DNA of 64,000 nt, taken from assembly GCA_964035545.1 (NCBI GenBank), contig OZ037768.1, forward strand, positions 10,448,741 to 10,512,740. The letters run 5' to 3'. Shown here in pieces: positions 21,185-34,056 of the stretch. The notes below the pieces were generated by a model. That model was not told where the DNA came from and made no database searches. It saw nothing but the letters and a program-made list of their open reading frames with translations. Both the position numbers and the translations under genes were made by a program. Origin of the DNA: Bugula neritina. Its lineage: Eukaryota > Animalia > Bryozoa. Numbering within the stretch: position 1 is the stretch's first letter; every line of letters starts with the position of its first letter.

Positions 21185-22234
21185 TGTTGTGGAATTATGG
21201 ACTTTGGATTTATTCAATTCTCATTCCACATTCTCCTCTCCAGACCCCCAGCTCTACCCCACATAAATTAACTTTCTATTGGTATGCAGACTAGAGATAA
21301 TTAATGTCATAACAATAGCCAAGCTGTCTCCCACTGTCTGTAACATTTACTAATTTCGTTATAATTGCAATTACACTTTTGCTTTGAAGTCAGCTCTGAC
21401 TCGTCAAACATCCTGATCCCTGCAGTTACGTGGCCCTACCCTTATATGGAGATGCAGCCACCCTTGTAAATGCAGCAACTTATCCTGAGCAAGCTGACAT
21501 GGATCTAACCGGCAAGAAGTCTCTTGCTACACCCAACAGCTATCTGAAGTCACTTCTCTGTGAGACCCCGCTTCAGGTAGACGTAAGCCAGAACGAGAGG
21601 AGTTATCTACAATCTACAAGGTAATTACCAGGGTTGGGGTAATTGTAATCTGTAATTGTTTGTAATTAATTACATTTTTTCAAGTAATTGAATGTAATTT
21701 GTAATTGACGTATAAAAATGTAATTGTAATTAATTACATTGCTAATGTAATTGAATTTTACAATAACTTTATAATTACATAACAATTACTTCAAATTTTT
21801 AAATCTTAGAAAGTTCATATTTTACCTGCCTTGCCTACTGTTCAATAAAAAGTTCAGAATAATTTAATGTCGTATTTATCACCCTATTCGTTACTGTTGA
21901 GAACAAAGAAGGTTTTCAGTTGTCAAAATTGCCCCTGGTAGTTGGACCCCAGAAGTGAGATTATATAACTTTTATTTGTCTCTTGTGAGAACAAAAGTAC
22001 TTGTAATTAATCACATTACCATGTAATTGTAATTAATTACATTTGTTTCAACTGTAATTGTAATTCGCAAATTATCATGTAATTGTAATTAATTACAGTC
22101 ATATGTAATTGACCCCAACCCTGGTAATTACCATAAATTATATGCATATAATACTGTTATAGTAAATCACTAAGGCATAGCCATATTAGTAACAGCTAAG
22201 TTGTAGCAAGATACCACAAGATCCTGTTACAACA
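21185..22234 (+). repeat. 3' LTR of the env-bearing Gypsy element (contains a MITE)
   Basis: Direct repeat of 2563-3193 once 21629-22123 and one TSD copy are removed. Confidence 0.9.
21629..22123. mobile_element. Non-autonomous hAT element (MITE)
   Basis: 12-bp TIR CAGGGTTGGGGT and 8-bp TSD GTAATTAC (21621-21628, 22124-22131). The empty site is in the 5' LTR near 3076. Subterminal GTAATT repeats. Confidence 0.93.
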
Positions 22235-24989
22235 ACTGTAAAAACTTTACACTACTCTACAGATGTTAAAGACTCTAAAGTACAAATATTCTCCATGTTT
22301 ATGCTGCTTATCTTGATGCCTTGGTGACTAATATTTCTAATATTTTATTTTGTATTACAACACAGGGAATAGCTATAAAGTTAAAATGTTCCGACAAATG
22401 ATTGCTGAAAAGATAAAAAGGGCATCGGTTGGTAATGGCCTGGACCAACTTCAGTAGCGATTAGTGATTACAGTACGAGCTTGTCATGCTGTGTTTGCAA
22501 GAACATGTTGGACATCCTGTTAGCAAGGTAAATCACCATGGGATCTAGTCCTGCTAGCAAATATTTAACTGAAGCTGCGTAAAAATTGTATACACTAGTG
22601 CACAGCGGAAATATCCTCCTAGACTCATGGCATTGAAGTTCCTAAGATTATTTAAATTGTTATACATACCTTAATATTTTATTCACAGTAAAGTAATTTG
22701 AATATATATGTAGATAATTATTTTAATAAAATTTTAGAATTATTCATTTTTAGGACAATGCAGGCTATCTTCCTATAGATGACCCTGTTAAAGAAAAAGT
22801 GCAGCAGGTAGTCACAGATCTGCACATAACAGAAACCCTCTCATATACTTGTTATCATACGCAGATGTATTTTTTATATTTTCATGCGTTGATGTTATTT
22901 GGAATACAAGCTACTACTCATCCATCATTTTTATAACTTTTGTATCATAAAAGACAAGCAGCCAACACTGGGATAGTTACAAATTTTATTCAGAGATATG
23001 TTTAAATACCAAGTATATTGAATGATCAGTAATTAAATTTGACAGAACTTTATTGTAAGTCTTGCCATAACAATAAAAATAAATATAAACAGAAATGGTC
23101 ACTTTTAATATAAGAAAGGAATAAAAACATATTGATATATATTATTGAAAACTATTCATAATGTATATACTAATAACAATATTAATGCTATACACTAACA
23201 TTATGAGTAATATAGTTTAACAGCAGCTGTGTTTTGATTTACCAATAATTTAACTTTGCTTCTAAAAGTAAATAGATATTTACACAAATTCTTGAACCAA
23301 AATTTTAAATGTTGGTGTGGTTCAATGTGTGAGTTAAAGCTAACGGTTAAAGAACATAATAATTATGTTGATCATTACATTATTACATCGTATGTTCTTT
23401 GAGTTGGAGCGCACCGTGCACAATGACAATCTCACACATCAACAATAACACGTGCGCTAAACAGAAAATATTCACCAAACTAGATGTAGCGCCAGATTAC
23501 TGCATATAGAACTAATCATTACCATTACAATTGAGTTCTTCTATAAGCAGCTCAAAGTTGCGTGTGATTGAGTGCAGTAGTCTAGGCTTCTCGAGTTTAT
23601 AGTTGAGGATCTCAGTGGTAACGCCTCCAGCTTAAAACTTGAGACCTTCAACTACTGCACTCAATTGTTTCTAACTGGGGGCTGTTTATAAATAGCTTCA
23701 ATTAAAAGTGCGAAGTCAGTGTCACGACAATGTTATACTCATGTGCAAGCTTCTGCGACATATTTGAGAGTTATCCTTTCTTTAAAATTATGGCCAGAGG
23801 AGGGTTAATTAACTCATTAGCATTCCGATTTAATAATCCCTGGTTTGATATATAAATTGTTCTATTTCAACAGTTGAAGTCAAACTAATTGTACTTGGCA
23901 ACAAAATTTAATCAATTTTCTTCAATTTGTTTTTACAACGATGGACTAGCTTCTATACATTATTGATTGTGTGTGTGTGCACGTGTGTGTATAAAAATAT
24001 TTGACAAACTACATTTATGCAGCATTAAAACCACTGAATCAAAAGTTATATTTCAGTGATCAAAACATTTACGAGCCATCAGCTACAAATTCAGGATTGT
24101 ACAGTGGAGGAGGAAAGTTAGCTGTACCTACTCACTTTTCTCACAGTTTTTCTTTTGACTTATAAAAGATGCACATGAAGAATATAACCTTCACTTTATT
24201 GACAAAATAATTGTATTATGTTATTTTTTGTTTGTATTGATGTTAAAGTTCTTTAAGCAATAACTGTGGTTAATGAATGTAAATTCAACCAGATTATTTA
24301 TACTTTTATGCTACAGCTTTATAATTATATGGAAATACAGACTGTTGACAATAAGCAATAATTTCAGCTATCGTTTAGCATCTGTGCTGTTGCAAGTATT
24401 ATAGCTATAACCAGCCTAGAATGTAGAGAATCCAAAGGCGCTGGCCACTTAGAACTTGATTAGCTGGTGAGTTACATTTGCATAATATATAACAAAGTAC
24501 AATTAAATATGGTATGTAGCAATTGTAAATAACTATAACTTATAAGTTATAACTTATTGGGCATAGCATCCTAATTTATAACACTATTCTATATAACTTA
24601 CTAGGCTTAGCTTCACCACACAACTTGTTACCCGGGAACGTAAATTATTGTATGAGAAGACAACTTCAAAATTTGTATAACGAAAGTAGGTTATTTAAGT
24701 ATCTCAACCTCTCAATTTAAAGTTCATCACTCATCGCCAATTAGGCCGTAAACTATATATTAGTTTTCCGTCATTTCTACGTCTTATAACATGAAAATTG
24801 AAGTAAAACTAGTAACTAAACCATATTTTATTTTATTAATTACATTTCTAAATTTTTACATGTCAGTAAAAGTATTCCGCTGTTCGGATAACCATTTAAA
24901 TGTCTCTGCCATTCTTGCATATCAAGTTGCGCTTGACCTTACTCTAACTTATATTTATCCTTTTTTTCAACTACAACCGTAAATTCAAC

Positions 24990-25223
24990 TCGTATTCAGT
25001 ATAACTATAAGTATAAGTATTCTATTGCTAATAGTAATACTAATAGTAATAGTAATAGTAAATGTAATACTTATACTAATACTAATAGTAATAGTAATAC
25101 TGTATTATTATAAATATATCAACTAGTACATTTTCTATTACTATTACTATTAGTACAACATTAATTATGTTACGCTAAGTATTAGTATGACTCTAACTCT
25201 AAGTATTACTGTATTACTACTAG

Positions 25224-25270
<47 letters not shown>

Positions 25271-26030
25271 GTAGTACTACTACTACTACTAATACTACTA
25301 CTACTACTACTAGTCTTAGGTTTATTATTAATATTATATTCAGTTTCACTTATTTATAATAATTATTTATTTATAAGCGTAATAAATGAATGTTACAATG
25401 ATTAACTATAACTATAACCTGTCTCAGTAACTGAGAGTGACTATCAGTATCACTATCACTATGAGTATGAAGATAAGTATCAGTATGTCACTATGAGTAT
25501 GATTATGACTATGAGTATCAGTATGAGTATAATTATAATTTAAACTAATACTAATAGTAATAGTAATACATTATGAGTATACATTTAATTTTATACTATA
25601 ACTATAAGTATAACATTAAATATACTGAGTACTAACACTCTAAACGAAATTCTAAGTCTAGGCATTACTATTACTAACTATTAGTATTAGTATTACTATT
25701 ACTATTAGCATAAGTAATACTAATAGTATAACTATAAGTTTTACTTTTAGTTATTACTATAAGTAGTATAAGATTAGTATAACTATAAGTATAAGTATAA
25801 CTCCCTATAACTAATACTATAAGTATAACTATAAAAGTAAGAGTAAAACTGAAGGTAGTAGGAAGCCTAAGAGTAAGAGTAACTCAAACTTAAACTGTAA
25901 GTATTACTATTACTAATACTATTACTATTAGAATTACTATTAGTATTACTATTACTATTAGTATTAATAATAGTTATACTAAAAGTAATACTAATAGTTC
26001 TATTAGTACTGATTATAAATATAAGTATAA
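24990..26030. repeat. AT-rich simple-repeat tract including an (ACT)n microsatellite near 25215-25312
   Basis: Runs of TAATAG, TACTAT, ATAACT, ATGAGT and ACT. Confidence 0.9.
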
Positions 26031-26041
26031 CCATCGTAATT

Positions 26042-26592
26042 GGGTTTCGTTCCAGATAGACGCTTCCCAGTTAGACGCTTCCTCTTTAAATGCTTCCCAC
26101 CTAGATGCTTCCCATTTGGACGCTATATATTTATTTTGGTACAGTTTTTTATAGCAATATACCTATACATGCCTATATAACTGTTGTATTGATTGCTAAA
26201 CATGAAATAATAGTCAATATAAATAATCTGGAAAAATATTCCAATTTTCACAGATTTGTGTGGAACAAAAAATCAGCAATACATTAATAATAAACATTAT
26301 CTATAATGAATACTTATTTATGAAATATTTTTTCAAACAACAAGAAGTATAGAAAATGCAAAATTATAAGATAATGCAGATCAAAGGAATTTATTTCAAA
26401 ATTCAAGGAAATCTAATAATGCCTAAATATACATATATTTCAGTAATATTAAATAAATTGCTCATAAAATACATATATTGTTCCAAAATAAATAAACAGC
26501 GTCTAAATGGGAATCGTTCACGTGGGAAGTGTCTGAGTGGGAAATTTAGCCTAGCGTCTAACTGGGAATCTAATGTAATCTAATGACACCCC
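26042..26592. mobile_element. Decayed foldback/MITE-like element
   Basis: Arrays of TTCCCANNTAGACGC on the left are mirrored by GCGTCTANNTGGGAA on the right, around an AT-rich core. No clear TSD. Confidence 0.6.
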
Positions 26593-28216
26593 ATAATTGT
26601 TATGCTCACGGTGACAGTCAGCATGTTTTTATTATCATGGTCAGTTGATTTTATTTTATTTCAAGTTTAACTGATTATCATCACATGATTTAACTTAGAG
26701 AATCACCATAAGATAGGTACTGTTAGTGTAACTTTTGGACTTAGTATTACACTATTAGTATTGCTATGAATATCTCTAAGTCTAGGTTGTTATCATAACT
26801 ATCTGTTATCGTTATTTATTCTTTCTTTGGATTTTATTATGAAAAATGTTATGCTTTCACTGTTCCTATGTGTGTGACTTTCACTTTGGTTATTTCTTGC
26901 CTTCATCTGAGTTTTCATTTTTTTAAATTGATTATCTTTTAATGGTAACCAATAATAGTGACGCTCACAGTGTGTGTGACTGTAAGCAATAAATTTTGAT
27001 TTGACATTCCAAAGGTAAAACTGAACATAACTACTAAATCTATACTTGGCTAACAAATGAAAATTCATCTACAACGGCAATCACAATTACAATAGCATAT
27101 TTATATTCACTCTCATAGTATAACTATAAGTCATGAGTCATATTGACTATTCCGTTTTAAGTACGTGTACATATGCTGATATTATAATGACAATGACTAT
27201 CACTGTAAGTCCAACTATGAATATATTCTTTGATACTGCACTACTGGCCATTGCCATGAAAGCCTACTTAAATTTCATATATAAATATAATGAAGGTATG
27301 TTTAACTCGATAACTTCCTAAATATAATTATCTTTCTAAACCTAAAAATGTTCTATATACAATTAGTAATTAGATCATCACTAACTCAGTCACTAAACAC
27401 TTCTTCAAACAACTATTTTTGTCATTTAACTCATGCATGTTTCTTTACATATTACATAATAAGTAATATCTTCCCTAAAATTCAAAGCCTATTGGGTAGA
27501 TATATAATTATTAATTAAGTATGTTCTTAAAAAATACTCGTTCCAAGACCAAAATGATAATTAAAGAGTTTATACAATATGGCTATGTTTTTTACTAGTT
27601 AGTCGGACAAATCTAAAAAACGTAAAAAATTTCAAGATGTTTTCATAGATTGACTAGAAAATTATTGCTTTTAATAATAATTGATTTTATATAATTAGCA
27701 CATATTCTTAATAACCTTTAACAGACTAGTAATAGAATTTAAAAAATAATCATATTGAAAACTTTGGCAAAGTATACACAGGATAGCTAATCTAGTGCTT
27801 TTATTAGTTATATTAGTGCAGTTTTTAGATATTTATAAAACTTTTGTAATATGTAATTTATTCCAAGCTTTTTTTTAAATTATATGTTCATATTATTTTG
27901 AGCTGTCAACACTATATGATGTACTATAAATTTATGGAAAGCGGCAAACAACACTACCTGATGAATAAGAAACAGTAAAACTACACTATAATGAAACTAA
28001 GCAAAAAAAATCTTTGCTGTAAAGTTTCTGTTTTTTTTAAAATAATCAATTTTAAGAAAAATTAAACAAGCTTGTTGATGACATATAAAGCCAGCCTCGA
28101 CAGCATGTTTCTCTTTTTTGTAAGCCTATTGTAACATCCATACTTTGTGATTTTGCTGTAATTAATGTGGTTTTCATTTCGTAGTATTTTTGCAGGGTTA
28201 TGACCAGTGCATCACA

Positions 28217-31200
28217 ATGGGAAAATCTGACAGTCCTGGACTAATATACCGAAACATTGTTGTTATAATTAGCATATTATTTATTGTAAGTTTATTTAAA
28301 TTAATAATTTCATGCATTTTTCGTGAATTAAGGCTCAAATAAAACTGATATCTAAGTTGTTACTACCTGTGGAATACCATTATTCTTCTATTGGTTGAAC
28401 TGATGATATTTTTCTTGTTTTTTTCAGCTGTTTTCGATTGCCATTCTTTCTGCTGGAATATGGTTCTTCATTGAAAGAAACTACTTATCCTCTGTGACCA
28501 GGAGTGACCTTTTTAATGCAGGGTCAATCATCCTCTTCGTATGCGGTTGTGTTATATTCATTGTATCTTTCATTGGATGCTTTGGCGCTTATAGAGGAAT
28601 AAGACGGATGTTACTAGCGGTAAGAGTTAATTTCACTTTGTAAATTCTGCTGCTTTTATTGCTTCAATTTTTCATGTGTATGTTATAGGAAATCCTCACT
28701 GATTGTTGGTATTAATTTATATTTCAGTATTTTGGAATCAATTTGGTGGTTGTTATTCTGGCAGTGATTGCTGGCTGTGTTGCTGCTGCCTTCCACGGTG
28801 AGGTAAGACAACTCTATTCTGCTAGTCAATGGGGAAACTTTAAATTTGTGCAAAATGAATCAACAATAAACATGGATGTTCAGGCCGTTTGAAATACTGT
28901 AGTTTATTTGTGGTTCCTTTACAGATTGGGAGTATTGTGAAGTCTAACATGAATGAGACGCTAATAACTCGTTACAGGAATAACACACATAATACAACTC
29001 TCAACAGAATTGTAACGCAAGCTTGGGACAGAATGCAAGTTCGAGTGAGTTGGGAGTTGTCACATTTGTGAATCTCTAAAGGTCCGTACTTTGTGAAATG
29101 AATCTCAGATGGGTGGTTACTGTGTAGCCTGTGATCGTGACTTTGTGTTTTTGCAGTTGAATTGCTGTGCTGTTGAAGATGAGGGCTGGGAGGTTTACCA
29201 ACAATCTTCTTGGTACCAATACAAGTTACACAATAATTACGGTGAGAATTACTCATATAAAAGCCGCATGATTGGAGTGAAAATATAATATACTTGTTGT
29301 ATGCAGGCTTTACCTTACACTGTCACTGGCTTCACTAGTATGTATAACACATTAGTATGTTGCTTTACTTTTGTGTTTTAAAAGTTTTATAGACTGAAGT
29401 ATTATTTCAGAAATAAGCAAAATAGAGCTGGTTCCAGAAAGCTGTTGCAGACGTGCTACGTATGACTGGGAGAGAATTATCAATCAACGGATATGCCAAA
29501 CGACGCAAGGAGGCCCTCCCAAGACCTCTCAGGGATCTCCTAATTATTTCCTGAACTATGATGTAAGCATTTCATAGCACAATGCTTAGTAATGAAACTC
29601 GCATAAGTTTAGAGTCACTATCCCTGTGAGAATCCCTGGTGGAAAGGGTTTTTTAAAGCCTGCTAAGGATTTTTCTAATGTGGCACAAGAGCAATTATGG
29701 CTGAGTGCTCTTCCTAACATGTTCACCATCAGTATTAAAGGATTGCTCTATCTTAGTTTATTACAATCACATTATAATTATGAACTATAATCTAATGTGT
29801 ATGCAAACAATTGTGACTTTGCAAAGGGATATGTGCCTAGAAAACAGCTTTTCAAAATTCCAATTTTGAGGGAGGTAAAATTTTCAGCCATAAAAAAGAA
29901 TAGCCTATTACGTGACGTGTGAACGCCAGTAACTATGCTGCACGTGCTAACTATAACGCTAGTATTCAAGGTTGCTGAGCACAACATCAACCAATAACGC
30001 TCAAGCAGTTACAGTGCGCTATATAGGTCAGCTTTGGTGCGCCCGTAACATTGCACAATCTGACCTAGTTTAGATCGATCGCAGGCATTCATCCTAAAGA
30101 ATGCATGTTTTTGCAATGCTTTTTTCTAATGTTTACAAGCAAAATATGGCCTAATGTTATCACATACATGTTATTTAACATGTCAAAAAACTATAGATTG
30201 AGATAATTCACATTTGCACTTCTATAAACATACAAATTACGAGCTGAAAGATCACATCTCACAGTCATATTTCTATAGTTATTCATTTGTATAGTCACGT
30301 GACCAGCAGGAATGCTGGCGCTGTTACGTCACATTTCCCAGCTCATTTCAAAATCGGCGTTTTGGCTGTTACCAATCTACACCCTCAACTTCAACTAACT
30401 TTTTCTACCTTTGGTCAAATGCTTTTTGTCAATGCATGCTTAGAAAAACACAATATTATGTGTGTTTGACCTAAATGGCCATTTATTAGACAAGATAGAG
30501 CAATCCTTTAAGACTGACCTGTCTTCACTAGGCCAGCGCAATGTTTGACAATACTGTGGTGTAATGTAATGTATTTAGTCATAAAGTTGTTACTATATTG
30601 ATGTATGTTATTTATTTATATTACATGTTTCTGTACATTGCTTTCCATAATTCGTATATCGTTGTGTATGTACAAGTAACAATATGTTTTTCTTTGTAGG
30701 GATGTTATAATGCTGCAAAAAAAGCTTTGAGCGAATTAATTTGGTTTGTGTTTGGATTTGGCTTTGTTTTGGCAGCCCTAATTGTAAGTATTACTAATTT
30801 TCAAATTCTGACCAAAGTTTTTAGATACAGGCAGTATAATTATAGAAATTTAAATTATCTAAAGTAAAATACTGCATCAGTAAGTTATAAATGTTGGATG
30901 TAAAATTAAGCTGTCAATATGTTCTTGTCAGTAGCACTTTGAATGGCCAATACAAGGATTTAAAGTAGGTTGGGGTGAGATTGAAGAGGGTAAGTACTAA
31001 GTTTTGGTGTGTTCAAATTCATTCTAAAACAAAAAATAATTTTATGCAGTTGCAGATCATGGAGTTTGGTCATTGTGTAGTTGTAGAGCAGTAAATAAAC
31101 TTTTACATGCCACATATTTTATGTATTCAACTCACTTCTCTATTTCTAGAGTAAACTTGAACTCTTACCAGCTCATATTCGGTTATGTGTACTTTTCAAT

Positions 31201-31376
31201 TGAAAAATAAGATTGTATTGTATTATAACAGAATTCAAATTTTGATGTGGTTGTAGATTGGCGGCATGGTATCTGCTATTTGTCTGGCTAAGAAGATTAA
31301 GAAAGCTCAAAAAGAGAAAGTCATAGGTGGAAGGTCACCCAACCGAACCCCTGGCCGTCGTATACATGAATATTAA
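28217..31376 (+). CDS. Tetraspanin (CD151/TSPAN11-like), 8 coding exons, 298 aa
   Basis: Exons 28217-28285, 28428-28619, 28728-28802, 28925-29044, 29157-29241, 29411-29562, 30700-30783 and 31257-31376 splice in frame with GT-AG. Four TMs, FIGCFGA, WDRMQ..LNCCA, VPESCC, GCY. Confidence 0.93.
29606..29734 (-). mobile_element. SINE fragment (same family as 40036-40245)
   Basis: Reverse complement of the body and tail of 40036-40245. Another fragment lies near 31932-32030. Confidence 0.7.
29739..30507. mobile_element. Non-autonomous Kolobok-like DNA transposon in a tetraspanin intron
   Basis: 16-bp TIR AGGATTGCTCTATCTT, TTAA TSD on both sides, 5'-AGG termini. Confidence 0.8.
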
Positions 31377-31931
31377 TCTGAAAAAACAACCCTAATCAAT
31401 AAACACTTTGTATTTACTTTACTCAGTTTTTACTGCTCTACCTTTTGTTAAGATTTTATGCTATGTTTTCTCTGAGTTACATTCCATCAGTCTACATTCC
31501 AAATAACTATATTATAATGTATAATATTTTAGTAAATGAATGCATGCTTTTGCTACTCAAATCGATTTTTGGAGTGTTTCTACTGTATTTGTATATATAT
31601 TTTATGTAAACAATTTTTCAGTAATACTTAAAAATAACATTAATAAATACCAATCTGAACACTTATGTATATTATTCTATATGTATACATGCAACACAAA
31701 ACATTTGTATCTCTGAATACAAGTTGAACTTGCTACTTGGTCTACATATTGGCTGATAAATATCTGAATAGGAAGCAGCCAGCAAACACATGATTTAATA
31801 CTATTATAGTTTAATTTATACCAGTAATTTTCTTATTGTAAGTTGCATGCGGCTGTGCTACTTCTCCCAACTAACTTTAAAGCTGTCAAACCCCCTCTAC
31901 ATGCTTCAGCTAGTAATTTTAGAGAACCTCA

Positions 31932-32030
31932 CACAAGTTTATAGCCGCTATCCCGTGAAAACCCCTGACGGAAAGAGCTTTTTATAGTGGGCTGAAGACT
32001 TACGGATTTGGCACAAGAGCAATTATTTGA
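31932..32030 (-). mobile_element. SINE fragment
   Basis: Matches the 3' half of 40036-40245 in reverse. Confidence 0.6.
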
Positions 32031-34056
32031 AAGAATAATGCTCATCTGCAGGAACTGAACGTATTAATAGATAATATCACGCGTATCTACTTTGATTAAA
32101 ATTGTATATTTATAAGAGTTCACTCATACTGTATTCGTATGATATTTGGTGGTTAATTAGTTAAGGTATAAACCCCATTAATATAATTGCTGTGTACTGT
32201 CACCAGTTGAATAAAACCAAGTTGATCATAAGCCATAGCACACTTTAATAGCTGTAGGCCGGTGGTTAAGTATTCTATGAATGCCAGGTATTGATAAAGC
32301 AGTAGGGATGTACTTAATTGAAAAGTTAATCAGTCGATTAAAATTTCCACAAGTCTAGACTCTAGACTCTTAACCCCGTAGCAAAGCTTCAGTTAGAAAG
32401 TATATAATGCATGTTTAGTATATTTGTAAATAAGAAAAGCATAATTAAAAAGTTTGTAATGGTTTAAGGCAGATACAGATTTACACCAGCTTCAGCAATA
32501 CTTAGAAGTTGTCTGACTATAAAATAAAGCAAGCACATTTCAACCCATGCAAGCACCAAACCACAAAACCAAAAAAGGAATCTGCATTTTCACATTAAAT
32601 AGGACAGTTTACAATGCATGATTGTGAGCAAAATATGTAAGATAAGTGCTAAAACATTTAATAGTTTACAAGTTGTCCATTTATTTTCTAAAATCTGACA
32701 AAAGTTTAACACTAAGATATTCGAATAAATTTAAATTCGCTGTTCAACATTTTGAATGGCATGACAACAAATCTAGAGCTTTATTTGGCTAATAAATATT
32801 TTGCACTTACTTTAGTTGATTTTAGGCTGCAGAATACAGATCTCTAATACTTGTTTAAAAGGTTTATTCTGGGCCACAAATAACAGTTCATGGAAACTTG
32901 ATTAATGCAAAAACAAAAAAAAATGTCCCAGATGACATCAATGTTCACAGCCACAATAATATATTAGTAAATATATTAGACCTGCTACCCGAACAGGACA
33001 AAGCGAATATAGGTGAGAATAGGTGAGAATAGGTGAGAATATTAGACACGCTGCAAACTAGGGGATAGAGGTGAGTTTGCTTCAGCAGTTTTTTAGTAGT
33101 TTTAGCTGTACAATTTTCTGTTATGGAATGTTATGTTATGCTTATGAAATAAGGAAATTTTAACTAAACTATCAACTCAAGCTAAGTGAAAAACATTTGT
33201 GCATCTAATACATCATAAATGCATTGCAGCATGTATTTTAGCTTGAGCTGACAGTGTAGGACAATATTATTAGCTTACATCATTACAAGCTGTAGACTGT
33301 TGTGCATTATGTAACTTATCTGACGATCGTGGTGGCATTCAGCACAGATGACAAATGAGTAACAATACTTGCTAGTTGCTACAGCAGCATTGCGAATTAA
33401 ACAACAACCTGCAGAAATATTTTCTATTTGCGTTTTCTTTAGAATTTACTATGGTCTAGGAAAAAATAGTATATGTAAAATTTGTCGAAGTATTATATGT
33501 GTGGTGCTACTTATATAGTTTATTTCCTGAAAGTGAATTGTTGCATAATTTAAACTTGACATAAGCAGAAACACTGAAAATTTAGACATTCTCTCTACAA
33601 AAATTCATAAAACTCAACAATTATAGCTAAGACACTTGCAAAGGCTCAATTGCAGCCTATTTATGTTTTATACTATTATGTTTCACACATTGTAATGGTT
33701 TTTAAGTAGCGGTTTTTTATGATAAATTCTCACTTCTTTTAGTAAAATTTATCTATTTGAGAGGTCTATTACTTGTACAAAAACAAATCAGACAATTTAG
33801 AAATTATATTAAAATTAATGTTTCAATTTTCTACCAATGACCTTAAAAATCTTTTTAAGTTCATCAATTATGACAATACCAATATTATAAATCATCGATA
33901 CATTTCTGGTACATATGCATAGTGTACAATATTTTATTTAATTAAATGTATATTCAAAGTAGAGTAACATTAAATAAAGAAATATACTTGAGGTAACCTA
34001 TGTACATTACAATATAATATTTACTTATCAAGTGCCATAAACAGAGCTTAAACTTT

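Larger units (their letters stand above)
2563..22234 (+). mobile_element. Gypsy LTR retrotransposon copy 2 (gag-env-pol order); most of pol is lost and replaced by nested insertions
   Basis: Paired LTRs 2563-3193 and 21185-22234, TGTTGTA...TACAACA termini, candidate 5-bp TSD ACTGT (2558-2562 and 22235-22239), PBS, PPT, and gag/env/protease ORFs. Confidence 0.75.

Noticed and set aside
22365-22807. Exon-like pieces (AG...GT bounded, e.g. DNAGYLPIDDPVKEKVQQ), with similar sequence at 2333-2557
   Set aside because: They contain stops and no recognisable motif. Possibly a decayed gene or transposase hit by the Gypsy insertion, but not supportable.
25187-25405. Poly-Leu membrane protein ORF
   Set aside because: Translation of the (ACT)n microsatellite.
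26050-26125. CRISPR-like short repeat array
   Set aside because: The repeats abut without unique spacers, are mirrored at the other end as transposon subterminal repeats, and the context is eukaryotic with no cas genes.
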